Positions 8,193-17,344 of a DNA stretch of 61,783 bases are shown here, piece by piece. Each line of letters opens with the position of its first letter. Positions within the stretch are counted from its first letter, which is position 1. Location of the stretch: positions 1-61,783 of the forward strand of contig JAZQJQ010000086.1 of assembly GCA_045541735.1 (NCBI GenBank), given 5' to 3'. The stretch is from Eubacteriales bacterium (GTDB lineage Bacteria; Bacillota; Clostridia; Oscillospirales; CAG-272). A program made the translations under genes and the position numbers. The notes under the pieces are model-generated. The model did no database searches. It was given only the letters and a program-made list of their open reading frames with translations, and was not told the DNA's origin.

Positions 8193-9743
8193 ATGACAAA
8201 GCGCGCGCTATCATTGCTTTTGGCAGCTCTTATGCTGTCCACTACTTTTATGTTTGCTGCTTGCGGCGGTGATACCCCAAGCACCACCACTCCCGCAGCG
8301 ATCGACGGTAGCACTCCCGCTCCCGGTGCTGATGCCACAAATCCGCCCGAGGATACGACCGCAGGCCTTGATATTCCCGATGAGAATATGGACGGCTACG
8401 AATTTCTTATGTACGAGGTGCAGTTCGGAACCGATGTGGTTTCTTTTGACTTCGTATATGCTGAAGAAGGCGGCACCGTGCTTGATGAAGCAAAGTATAA
8501 GAGAAACTCTCTCGTAGAGGAGAAGTTCAACATAGTGTTGGCTACGGATACGGCAAAGGCGACCTCCACCACCGGTTCGGCTGAGGGCTACAGCAAAATG
8601 CTGCAGGCAAAGAACACAAACACCGCTACGTATGATCTGATAGTTATGCCAGCATACGATCAGACTAAGCTTGCTGAAAACGGCGGTCTTTATAACCTTT
8701 TGTCTGTTCCTTATCTTGATACTTCATCCGAATACTGGGATCAGAGCGGAGTAAAGGAGCTGACCATCAAGGATACTCTCTTCTTCCTTGCGGGAGACTT
8801 CTCTATCAACTCTTTCTCTGCCGTAGTTGCAATTGCTTTTAACAAGGAACTCGCAAAGGAGAGGGGAATAAACGATCTTTACACACTTGCAAACGAGGGT
8901 AAGTGGACCTTTGATAAGTTCCAGGAATATACCAGACTTGTTTCCGAAGATCTCAACGGTGACGATAAGTTCACAAATCTGGATCTTTACGGTGCACTCT
9001 GCTGGGACGATGCTATCTACGCTATAGTTCACTCCGCAAATTCAAGGTGTGCGTACGTTGACGATAACGGCGACCTTGTTCTCGGTCTCGGCTCCGAGGC
9101 TGCTTACACCGCATACAACAATTTTGTAAACTTCTCTAAGGAAGATTGCTTCCTCCGTTATCAGGTCAAGTTCAAGGAAGACGGAACCTGGACAGACAGC
9201 TCCGGATCCAAGTACGGACTGGAAATGTTCTCCAACAGCCAGGGACTCTTCTTCCTCAGCACCGTCGGCTCTATTTCCAACAACTTCCGTGATATGGACG
9301 TGGACTACGGTATCATTCCTATGTTCAAGGCAAACTCCGGTGTTGATAAATACTACAGCTCTGTTGCTCCTTACTCCGCACGCTTCCTCGGACTTCCCGT
9401 TCATCAGAACGATATAGAGGTGACCGGCAAGGTGCTTGAGAGCATCGGTTACTTCTCCACCAGCACCATCGTTCCCGCGTACTATGATAAGACCCTTAAC
9501 GGCTCCGTTGTCCGTGACGAGGAAAGCTCCCCTATGCTTGATCTCATTTTTGAGACCAGAGTATTCGACCTTGGTTACTTCTATCAGCCCGGCAACATCA
9601 ACAAGGAGCTTATTTACCAATTCCGTAAAGCTAACGCGGACTGGATGTCCACCTACGCTAAGAAGGAAAAGACCGCTAACGTGTACCTCAAGAAAATCAA
9701 CACGTCTCTCTCCAAGCTCGCCGATGAATGGGCAGCTGAGTAA
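8193..9743 (+). CDS. Extracellular solute-binding lipoprotein (large LplA-like ABC substrate-binding type), paralog 1
   Basis: 516 aa. Lipobox LSTTFMFAACGG followed by a T/P-rich linker. Same length as, and aligns throughout with, the ORF at 10164-11714. Confidence 0.75.
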   Translation: MTKRALSLLLAALMLSTTFMFAACGGDTPSTTTPAAIDGSTPAPGADATNPPEDTTAGLDIPDENMDGYEFLMYEVQFGTDVVSFDFVYAEEGGTVLDEAKYKRNSLVEEKFNIVLATDTAKATSTTGSAEGYSKMLQAKNTNTATYDLIVMPAYDQTKLAENGGLYNLLSVPYLDTSSEYWDQSGVKELTIKDTLFFLAGDFSINSFSAVVAIAFNKELAKERGINDLYTLANEGKWTFDKFQEYTRLVSEDLNGDDKFTNLDLYGALCWDDAIYAIVHSANSRCAYVDDNGDLVLGLGSEAAYTAYNNFVNFSKEDCFLRYQVKFKEDGTWTDSSGSKYGLEMFSNSQGLFFLSTVGSISNNFRDMDVDYGIIPMFKANSGVDKYYSSVAPYSARFLGLPVHQNDIEVTGKVLESIGYFSTSTIVPAYYDKTLNGSVVRDEESSPMLDLIFETRVFDLGYFYQPGNINKELIYQFRKANADWMSTYAKKEKTANVYLKKINTSLSKLADEWAAE

Positions 9744-9757
9744 TTACATAAGGCAAA

Positions 9758-9788
9758 CCGGCTCCGCAACAGCGGAGCCGGGTTTTTT
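9758..9788 (+). terminator. Intrinsic terminator
   Basis: ccggctccgc-aaca-gcggagccgg followed by tttttt. Confidence 0.75.
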
Positions 9789-9813
9789 GATGAATGAGGA
9801 ATAATGAAGATTC

Positions 9814-9880
9814 AAAACCGCCCGGCGGGATCCTTAGGCCTCTTTACCTCCCCAAGGATGATATGCACGGGCGGTTTTTT
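9814..9880 (+). repeat. Family B element, copy B2 (diverged core), nested in AT-rich inverted arms 9788-9810 / 9885-9905
   Basis: aaaaccgcccg...gatcctt...aaggatgat...cgggcggtttttt. Flanks are tgatgaatgaggaataatgaaga and tgatcattcattattcattcc. Confidence 0.7.
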
Positions 9881-10056
9881 GACTTGATCATTCATTATTC
9901 ATTCCTGCGGGCGCGCCTCTCTCGGAAAATAAACATCAAGGTAATAATTTTAAACTTTTTTATCAAAAAAGTTACCGTGAATTGTTCCGTTTTCATAAAA
10001 AACTACTCAATGTTTTGTCGCAGTATACGAAAAACTGCGGCTGTAATTATGTAATC

Positions 10057-10085
10057 TTGACAATGAATTGTTTTTGTAGTACAAT
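10057..10085 (+). promoter_or_regulatory. Promoter of the second solute-binding lipoprotein gene
   Basis: TTGACA - 17 nt - TACAAT. The leader contains hairpin cgaattt...aaattcg. Confidence 0.5.
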
Positions 10086-10163
10086 ATATGCGTAAATAAA
10101 TGCGAATTTTTCGGATCTTTACCGGGAAATTCGATTTGTATTTTATTATGAAAGGAAAAAACT

Positions 10164-11714
10164 ATGAAGAAGCGTGCTTTATCATTGCTTTTGGCAGTTC
10201 TTATGCTGTCCACCACTCTCCTTTTTGCTGCTTGCGGCGGCGAAAGCGGAAACACCACCACCCCTGCAGTGACCGATCCTTCCAATCCCGGTGGAGACGT
10301 TACCGATCCTCCTGCTGACACCACTGCTCCTTTTGCTATCGAAGATGAAGACCTCGAAGAGTATGAGTTTATGGTATACGAAGTGTACCTTGACAACTTC
10401 TTTTCTTCCGGTGACTTTACCTATACCGAGGGCTCCGGCTCTGTGCTTGATGAGGCTAAGTACAAGAGAAATTCCCTTGTAGAAGAAAAGTTCAACATTA
10501 CCATTACCTCCGAGATCATCAAGGGTACAAATACCACCGGTTCTCCTCAGGGTTACAGCAAAATGCTGCAGGCAAAGAACGCAGGCGACCCGACCTACGA
10601 CCTCGTTGTACTCCCTGCATACGACCAGACCAAGCTTGCAGAGAACGGCGCTCTTTATGATATGAAGGCTGTTCCTCACCTCGACTTCACCGCTTCCTAC
10701 TGGGATCAGTCTGTTGTTGAGGACCTTACCATTAAGGACACTCTCTTCTTCCTTGTAGGTGACTATTCCATCGACGGTATCGATGCTTGCGTTGCTGTCA
10801 TATTCAACAAGGAGCTTGCTAAAGAAAAGGGCATCAACGATCTCTACACTCTTGTAGAGAACGGCGCTTGGACCTTTGATAAGTTCGCTGAATACACCAG
10901 AATGATCTCCCAGGACCTCAACGGTGACGATAAGTTCACCAATATGGACCTTTACGGTGCTCTTTCTTGGGACGATGCTATCTACGCTGTAGTTCATTCC
11001 GCCGGTGAGAAGTGTGCTTACATTGATGATAACGGCGACCTTGTTCTCGGTCTCGGTACCGAGGCGGTATACGATGCTTTCAGCAATTACGTAAACCTCT
11101 TCAAGGAAGACTGCGCTCTCCGTTATCAGGTCAAGTTTGCCGATAACGGCACTTGGAAGGACGACTCCGCATCTCTCTACGGCCGCGAGATGTTCGCAAA
11201 CAGCCAGGGTCTCTTCTACATAGGCACCATCGCAACTGCATCCAGCTCCTTCCGTGATATGGACGTTGACTACGGTATCCTTCCTATGTTCAAGGCTAAC
11301 AGCTCCGTAGACAGCTACTACGGTTCCGTTGCTCCTTACTCTGCACGTTTCCTCGGTGCTCCTCTCCATCAGAATGACGTAGAGATCCTCGGTAAGGTTC
11401 TCGAGACCATCTCCTACTTCTCCTCCAGCACCATCATTCCCGCATATTACGATAAGACCCTCAACGGTACCGTTGTTCGTGACGAGGAAAGCTCTCCTAT
11501 GCTTGACATTATCCGTCAGAACCGTGTATACGACCTTGGTTACTTCTATCAGCCCGCTAACATCAACAAGAACCTCATTTATCAGTTCCGTGCTTCCAAC
11601 GCAGACTGGATGTCCACCTACGCTAAGATGGAAAAGACCGCTAACGTTTACCTCAAGAAGACCAACACTGCTCTCTCCAAGCTCGCCGACGAATGGGCAG
11701 CTGACAAGCAGTAA
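10164..11714 (+). CDS. Extracellular solute-binding lipoprotein, paralog 2
   Basis: 516 aa with lipobox LSTTLLFAACGG. Collinear with paralog 1, for example the shared KYKRNSLVEEKFNI and MDVDYGI.PMFKANS. Confidence 0.75.
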   Translation: MKKRALSLLLAVLMLSTTLLFAACGGESGNTTTPAVTDPSNPGGDVTDPPADTTAPFAIEDEDLEEYEFMVYEVYLDNFFSSGDFTYTEGSGSVLDEAKYKRNSLVEEKFNITITSEIIKGTNTTGSPQGYSKMLQAKNAGDPTYDLVVLPAYDQTKLAENGALYDMKAVPHLDFTASYWDQSVVEDLTIKDTLFFLVGDYSIDGIDACVAVIFNKELAKEKGINDLYTLVENGAWTFDKFAEYTRMISQDLNGDDKFTNMDLYGALSWDDAIYAVVHSAGEKCAYIDDNGDLVLGLGTEAVYDAFSNYVNLFKEDCALRYQVKFADNGTWKDDSASLYGREMFANSQGLFYIGTIATASSSFRDMDVDYGILPMFKANSSVDSYYGSVAPYSARFLGAPLHQNDVEILGKVLETISYFSSSTIIPAYYDKTLNGTVVRDEESSPMLDIIRQNRVYDLGYFYQPANINKNLIYQFRASNADWMSTYAKMEKTANVYLKKTNTALSKLADEWAADKQ

Positions 11715-11732
11715 TTACTTAATAAAAAATAA

Positions 11733-11760
11733 GGTCCGCATCAGCGGGGCCGATTTTTTT
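11733..11760 (+). terminator. Intrinsic terminator (imperfect stem)
   Basis: ggtccgc-atca-gcggggcc followed by gattttttt. Confidence 0.55.
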
Positions 11761-11792
11761 AATGAATGATGAATAATGAAGAATTAAGGTTG

Positions 11793-11857
11793 AAAACCGC
11801 CCGGCGTGATCCTTCGGTCGCTTCGCTTCCTCAAGGATGACGTGCACGGGCGGTTTT
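11793..11857 (+). repeat. Family B element, copy B3
   Basis: aaaaccgcccggcg-tgatccttcggtcgcttcgcttcctcaaggatgac-gtgcacgggcggtttt. The left AT-rich arm is aatgaatgatgaataatgaag (11761-11781). Confidence 0.75.
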
Positions 11858-11881
11858 CTTCATTATCTTTTAATTTTTATC

Positions 11882-11988
11882 TGCGGGCATGTTATCCGCC
11901 CGTTGCAGGGATGGGTGTTAAAAGTTATAAATTCCGCTCTGCGGAACGATACGATTGCGTTAGCAATCATAGTTGCGCATGTACGCGC
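11882..11988 (+). repeat. Family C mini-hairpin array, copy C1
   Basis: ...atccgcccgtt..., then hairpin ttccgc-tct-gcggaa, then cgatacgat, then hairpin ttgc-gtta-gcaa plus linker tcatag. Collinear with 57600-57753. Confidence 0.65.
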
Positions 11989-11990
11989 GC

Positions 11991-13358
11991 TTATTCCTTG
12001 CGGCCCTTGGAAACGAGAACGTTTGTGAGGATGCCGAGGATGAGTGCGCAGGCGATAGCGGTGATGGTTACTTTGCCGATCGCCATCTTCATTCCTCCGA
12101 TACCCGTGATAAGGATAACGGAAGCGGTGAAGAGGTTTGCGTGATCCTCAAGATTTACCTTCTGGATCATCTTGAGTCCGGATACTGCGATAAATCCGTA
12201 AAGGGTAACGCAGACGCCGCCCATTACGCATCCGGGAATGGAATCAAGGAATGCAACGAAGGGGGAAATGAACGATATTACCAGTGCCATGATAGCGGTA
12301 GTGGTAATGGTCACAACGGAAGCATTGCCCGTAATAGCAACGCATCCTACAGACTCGCCGTAGGTGGTGTTAGGGCAGCCGCCGAAGATCGCGCCTACGA
12401 ACGAGCCGATACCGTCGCCGAGGAGCGTGCGGTGGAGCCCGGGTTCTTCAAGAAGATCGCTCTCGATAATGGAGGAGAGGTTCTTGTGGTCGGCAATGTG
12501 CTCTGCGAATACAACGAAAGCAACGGGAATGTACGCAACAGCGATGGTTGTAAGGTAGGATGCTTCAAAATCCTTAAAGCCCTTGAAGCCTTCGGCAAAT
12601 GTGAAATCGGGAACAGCAAGGAAGGTCTTGAGAGAAACGCCGCCGTCAACAAGCGCCTTGAAGGGCGCAAAGTCGATTATCATAAGCGCGGGGTTTTTGG
12701 TAAGAACGCCGATAACGGTGAACACGAGTGCAACTGCGTAGCCGGCAAGAATTCCGATAATAAAGGGAATAAGCTTTGCCATCTTTTTACCGTATACGGA
12801 GCAGATGATAACGACAGCCAGCGTAACGAGTGCGCAGATAAGAGATACGCAGCTGTTAGCGCTCATAATAAATGCGCCGTTTGCATCCTGCGGACCGTAG
12901 GAGAACACGTCCTTGATTGCCGCGCCCGCAAGGGAGAGACCGATAAGCGCGACTGTGGGACCGATAACTACGGGGGGCATAAGCTTGTTTATCCAGTTAA
13001 CGCCCGCAAGCTTAACGACAAGGGCGATAATTACGTAAACAAGTCCGGCAAACAGTGCTCCGATAAGCAGGCCGAGATAGCCGAGGGACATGGATGCGGC
13101 ACCTGCAAACGCCGCAGACATAGAACCGATAAATGCGAAAGAGGAGCCGAGGAAAACGGGGCTTTTAAACTTGGTGAAAAGCTGGTAAACTACGGTTCCC
13201 GCTCCTGCTCCGAAAAGCGCCGCGGAAGCGGACATTCCGTTACCCACTATCGCGGGTACGGCAATGGTTGCCGCCATAATGGCAAGAAGCTGTTGGACTG
13301 CAAAAACGATAAGCTGTCCGAACTTGGGTCTGTCTTTAACGTTGTAGATAAGTTTCAT
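11991..13358 (-). CDS. NCS2-family nucleobase (uracil/xanthine-type) permease
   Basis: Polytopic membrane protein with an N-terminus typical of NCS2 (DRPKFGQLIVFAVQQLLAIMAATIAVPAIVG). Start chosen at MKLIYN, with GGAGGA 3 nt upstream. Confidence 0.8.
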   Translation of the reverse strand: MKLIYNVKDRPKFGQLIVFAVQQLLAIMAATIAVPAIVGNGMSASAALFGAGAGTVVYQLFTKFKSPVFLGSSFAFIGSMSAAFAGAASMSLGYLGLLIGALFAGLVYVIIALVVKLAGVNWINKLMPPVVIGPTVALIGLSLAGAAIKDVFSYGPQDANGAFIMSANSCVSLICALVTLAVVIICSVYGKKMAKLIPFIIGILAGYAVALVFTVIGVLTKNPALMIIDFAPFKALVDGGVSLKTFLAVPDFTFAEGFKGFKDFEASYLTTIAVAYIPVAFVVFAEHIADHKNLSSIIESDLLEEPGLHRTLLGDGIGSFVGAIFGGCPNTTYGESVGCVAITGNASVVTITTTAIMALVISFISPFVAFLDSIPGCVMGGVCVTLYGFIAVSGLKMIQKVNLEDHANLFTASVILITGIGGMKMAIGKVTITAIACALILGILTNVLVSKGRKE

Positions 13359-13519
13359 ACTTCCTCCAAACAAAAATTTTTACAGAACCATTCTACCATT
13401 ATAAAAAACGCAAGTAAATCATTTTTCGACAGGTTTTGACGTTTCTCCCTTTTGCACAAAATCCGTGATGTATTTTTTATGCGTTAAGCCTCATAACTGA
13501 ATGAAATTTTATAAAACCC

Positions 13520-13548
13520 TTGAAAAAGGGGGGGACATATATTATAAT
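13520..13548 (+). promoter_or_regulatory. Promoter of yajC
   Basis: TTGAAA - 17 nt - TATAAT. Confidence 0.5.
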
Positions 13549-13592
13549 GTTTAGATGTATAGGTAAAATTATGCCCTTAGGAGGATTTTTAA

Positions 13593-13928
13593 ATGTTTTC
13601 TTATTTTCTTAACGAAGCTGCAACAGATACCGCAAATATGGGAGCAATGGGCGGTATGAGCACCATTATTATGCTTGTCGTTATTTTTGTTGCAATGTAT
13701 TTCATCGTTATTCGTCCCCAGAAAAAGCAGGAGAAGGAAAAGGCGCAGATGCTCAACGCTCTTCAGGTCGGCGACGAGATAACCACTATCGGCGGAATAA
13801 TCGGCAAGGTCATCAGCATCAAAGAAGAGACCTGCATGATCGAGACCGGCAAGGACAAGACCAGAATCCGTATTCTTAAGTCTTCCGTTGCACGTGTTGA
13901 CGTAAAAGCTGAAGATTCTATAGGTTAA
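13593..13928 (+). CDS. yajC: Preprotein translocase subunit YajC
   Basis: Single TM plus IRPQKKQEKE...LQVGDEITTIGGIIGKV, the characteristic YajC core. RBS is aggagg. Confidence 0.85.
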   Translation: MFSYFLNEAATDTANMGAMGGMSTIIMLVVIFVAMYFIVIRPQKKQEKEKAQMLNALQVGDEITTIGGIIGKVISIKEETCMIETGKDKTRIRILKSSVARVDVKAEDSIG

Positions 13929-13929
13929 A

Positions 13930-14084
13930 GGGAGCCTCCCTCATTGAGGGAGGGGGACCGCTTGCGGTGGAAGGAGTAATCGATTTAATGTAATTTGTTT
14001 TAGAAAACAAAAATGTTAACAGATTACAAGCAACTGCGGACTCCTTCAGTCGCCTACGGCGCCAGCTCCCTCAAGGAGGGAGCC
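13930..14084. repeat. Family D hairpin-rich module, copy D1 (about 155-bp imperfect palindrome)
   Basis: Hairpin cctccctc-att-gagggagg plus gggaccgcttgcggtgga, then central palindrome tttgtttt-aga-aaaacaaa, then terminal hairpin ctccctc-aagg-agggag. The 18-nt gggaccgcttgcggtgga recurs at 22517-22534. Confidence 0.65.
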
Positions 14085-14155
14085 TGACGTTATTATAATC
14101 ATTTTCCTGCCCCTTACCGAATATAATGTACAAACCATTATTTCGGGAGGGGAAG

Positions 14156-14575
14156 ATGACAAAAACAAAAAAGAGAGGCACTGACCTGCCGCCCGCGGCG
14201 GATGTGCTTATCCGTATGTCACTTGCGTTTGTTTCCACGGCTGTTTTTGCCGTAATTTCCGTGCTTGCTGTAACGGCCGCGGTTTACGCAACGGATGATC
14301 CCGGTGCGCACGTTTCCGTTGGTGCGTACTGCGCACTCGCGCTTACCGCCGCAGCGTGCGGCACGTTCTCTGCGCTCTATTGCCGCAGATCGGCTTTTAC
14401 CTGTGCTCTCTCAACCTCCGGTACTGCCGTTTGCGTTATGCTTGCTTTTGCCGCCATATCGGGCGGTGTTGCACCGATATGTGTAACGGTGTATGCGGGT
14501 TTTATGCTCGTTTCCGTGCTGTTTGCGTGGATCTTTTCGCGCGATCAAGGAAAAAAACACAAAAGAAAAAGATAA
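14156..14575 (+). CDS. Small Ala/Cys-rich integral membrane protein, function unknown
   Basis: About 4 predicted TM segments and a K/R-rich C-terminus. Start chosen at MTKTKK, with GGGAGGGG upstream. Confidence 0.55.
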   Translation: MTKTKKRGTDLPPAADVLIRMSLAFVSTAVFAVISVLAVTAAVYATDDPGAHVSVGAYCALALTAAACGTFSALYCRRSAFTCALSTSGTAVCVMLAFAAISGGVAPICVTVYAGFMLVSVLFAWIFSRDQGKKHKRKR

Positions 14576-14614
14576 ATTTGCCGCATTGCGGCTATATAAA
14601 AGGATGTATTAACT

Positions 14615-17242
14615 ATGAGATGGATGTCACTTAACGAGGTGCGCGAAAAGTACCTTTCCTTTTTTGAATCCAAGAACCACCTGCGCCTGCCCAGCTATTC
14701 TCTCGTTCCCCGTAACGATAACAGCCTTCTTCTGATAAACTCCGGTATGGCACCTATGAAAAAGTTTTTCACCGGCGAGGAGGAGCCTCCGCGCCGCCGC
14801 GTGACCACCTGCCAGAAGTGTATCCGCACGCCTGATATCGACCGCGTTGGTATCACCGCGCGCCACGGAACCTTCTTTGAGATGCTTGGTAACTTCTCAT
14901 TTGGCGATTACTTTAAGGTAGAGGCTATCACTTGGGCGTGGGAGTTCCTTACCGAGTGTATGGAGATCCCCGCAGAGCTTCTTTACCCCTCTATTTTCGA
15001 GAATGACGAGGAAGCGTTTGAGATATGGACCAAGGTTGTCGGTGTTCCTGCAGAAAAGGTCATACGTATGGGACGCGAGGACAACTTCTGGGAGCACGGC
15101 TCCGGCCCCTGCGGTCCCTGCTCCGAGATATACTTCGACCGCGGTATCAAGTACGGATGCGGTTCTCCCGACTGCAAGCCCGGCTGTGACTGTGACCGCT
15201 TTATGGAGATCTGGAACAACGTATTCTCCCAGTTCAACAACGACGGCAACGGCAATTACACCGACCTCGTTCAGAAGAACATTGATACCGGCATGGGTCT
15301 GGAGCGTCTTGCCTGCGTACTGCAGGGCGTAGACAATCTCTTTGAGGTCGATACCGTAAGAAACATTCTGGATACCGTATGCTCTTACGCAGGTAAGAAG
15401 TACGGCGAAAACGAGAAGAACGATATCTCCATCCGCGTTGTTACCGACCATATCCGCGGAGCTTCCTTTATGATAAGCGACGGCATCCTCCCCTCTAACG
15501 AGGGAAGAGGCTACGTATTACGCCGTATTCTCCGCCGTGCCGCACGCCACGGCCGTCTGCTCGGCATTGAGCGCGCATTTCTTGCCGATCTCTGCGACGT
15601 TATGATCAATCAGAACGCAGGCGCATACCCCGAGCTTGAGGAGCGCCGCGAGTACATCAAGAAGGTCATTGCAATGGAGGAGGAGCGCTTCAACGCGAAG
15701 ATAGACTCCGGCCTCTCTATCCTTAACAAGCTTATCTCCGATACCAAGGCTTCCGGCGGAAACGCACTTCCTGCCGCAGGAGTATTCGAGCTTCACGATG
15801 CTTTCGGATTCCCCATCGACATCACCCGCGAGATAGTGGCGGATGCCGGTCTTTCCGTTGACGAGGAGGGCTTTACCGCTCTTATGAACGAGCAGCGCGC
15901 ACGTGCACGTGCCGCTCGCGCAAATATCGGCGGCTGGTCAGAAAGCTCCAAGTCCTATCTTGCCGATCTTCCCAAGACCGAGTTTTGCGGTTATTCCTCC
16001 GCAAAGACCGATGCAAAGGTCCTTTGCATTATCGCAGGCGACGATAAGCTTGATATGGTGACCGAGGGCGAGTTCACCGTAGTGCTTGACAAAACCTCCT
16101 TCTACGGAGAGGGCGGCGGTCAGGTAGGTGATACCGGTAAGCTTTATAACGATAATTTCACTGCCGAGGTCATCGACACCAAGAAGACCGACGGCATATA
16201 CCTCCACCTCTGCCGTGCCGTTTCCGGCACTCTCAGCGCCGGGGACACCCTCACTGCTGAAATAGATGCAGACCGCCGTGCCGCTATCGCGCGTAACCAC
16301 ACCACCTGCCATCTGCTTCAGGCGGCTCTGCGCCGTGTGCTAGGCACACACGTTGAGCAGGCAGGCTCCTACGTAGACGCTGAGCGTGTACGCTTCGACT
16401 TTACCCACTTTGCCGCTGTTACTCCCGACGAGCTCAAGCAGATCGAAGAGCTTGTAAACGGTGAGATCCTCCGCGGCGAGGCAGTCGTTACCACCGAGAC
16501 CGATATAGAAAGCGCAAAGAAGGCCGGTGCCATGGCGCTGTTCGGCGAAAAGTACGGCAGCACTGTCCGTATGGTAAAAGCAGGAGATTTCTCTACCGAG
16601 CTTTGCGGCGGCACTCACCTTGATAACACCGCAAAGGCAGGCCTCTTTAAAATAGTTTCCGAGTCATCCGTTGCCGCAGGTGTACGCCGTATCGAGGGTA
16701 CTACCGGCCTTGGCATTCTTGCCGAGCTTAATGCAAAAGATGATATTCTCGTTGCAGCCGCAAAGGAATTAAAGGCTACTTCCGTAAACGATCTTGTACG
16801 CCGTATCAATGCCCTTCAGGCAGAGATCAAGGAAGCAAAGCGCGAGCTTGAGTCTGCAAACGAAAAGCTTTCTGCCGCTAAGCTTGACGGCATTCTTGCA
16901 AACAAGAAGCAGGTCGGCTCCGTTTGTCTCATCGCGGCTGAGATAGATATGAAGCCAAATGCCGCACGCGCACTGTGCGACAAGATAAAAGCCGAGCACA
17001 GCGACTGCGTTGCACTCTTTGCCGCAGTTTCCGACGGCAAGCTCAACTTTGCAGCCGCTTGCGGTCCCGATGCCGTTAAGGCGGGCGCACATGCAGGCAA
17101 TCTCTGCAAGCAGGTAAGCGTTATCTGCGGCGGTAACGGCGGCGGACGCCCCGATTCCGCTATGTCCGGCGGTAAGGATCTCGCCAAAGTCAAGGATGCT
17201 CTTATCGCAGCTGAGTCTATTCTTGCAGGAATGTTGAAATAA
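14615..17242 (+). CDS. alaS: Alanine--tRNA ligase
   Basis: 875 aa. Contains HGTFFEMLGNFSFGDYFK, the editing-domain HTTCHLL motif and a C-terminal DHHA1-like tail. Confidence 0.95.
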   Translation: MRWMSLNEVREKYLSFFESKNHLRLPSYSLVPRNDNSLLLINSGMAPMKKFFTGEEEPPRRRVTTCQKCIRTPDIDRVGITARHGTFFEMLGNFSFGDYFKVEAITWAWEFLTECMEIPAELLYPSIFENDEEAFEIWTKVVGVPAEKVIRMGREDNFWEHGSGPCGPCSEIYFDRGIKYGCGSPDCKPGCDCDRFMEIWNNVFSQFNNDGNGNYTDLVQKNIDTGMGLERLACVLQGVDNLFEVDTVRNILDTVCSYAGKKYGENEKNDISIRVVTDHIRGASFMISDGILPSNEGRGYVLRRILRRAARHGRLLGIERAFLADLCDVMINQNAGAYPELEERREYIKKVIAMEEERFNAKIDSGLSILNKLISDTKASGGNALPAAGVFELHDAFGFPIDITREIVADAGLSVDEEGFTALMNEQRARARAARANIGGWSESSKSYLADLPKTEFCGYSSAKTDAKVLCIIAGDDKLDMVTEGEFTVVLDKTSFYGEGGGQVGDTGKLYNDNFTAEVIDTKKTDGIYLHLCRAVSGTLSAGDTLTAEIDADRRAAIARNHTTCHLLQAALRRVLGTHVEQAGSYVDAERVRFDFTHFAAVTPDELKQIEELVNGEILRGEAVVTTETDIESAKKAGAMALFGEKYGSTVRMVKAGDFSTELCGGTHLDNTAKAGLFKIVSESSVAAGVRRIEGTTGLGILAELNAKDDILVAAAKELKATSVNDLVRRINALQAEIKEAKRELESANEKLSAAKLDGILANKKQVGSVCLIAAEIDMKPNAARALCDKIKAEHSDCVALFAAVSDGKLNFAAACGPDAVKAGAHAGNLCKQVSVICGGNGGGRPDSAMSGGKDLAKVKDALIAAESILAGMLK

Positions 17243-17263
17243 TTAAAAAACTATGACCTCTGC

Positions 17264-17320
17264 GTAGGGCGGGGGCTTGCTCCCGCCGCAAAAAACGGTG
17301 GGAGACAAGCCACGCCCTAC
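17264..17320. repeat. REP-like inverted pair (family R, copy R1)
   Basis: gtagggcgggggcttgctcccgcc ... ggtgggagacaagccacgccctac. Two GTAG-headed GC hairpins lie head-out and together form a long hairpin after alaS. Confidence 0.7.
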
Positions 17321-17344
17321 AGTTTTATATGAAAGGGAATTGGT

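Noticed and set aside
10182-11369. 395-aa minus-strand ORF
   Set aside because: It is antisense to the second solute-binding lipoprotein gene. It has no independent support.
11973-13439. 488-aa plus-strand ORF
   Set aside because: It is antisense to the NCS2 permease. The translation is G/N/C/K-rich nonsense, while the minus frame is an obvious polytopic transporter.
13359-13519. PyrR-type attenuator upstream of the nucleobase permease
   Set aside because: There is no UCCAGAGAGG-like PyrR binding loop and no terminator/antiterminator pair in the leader.
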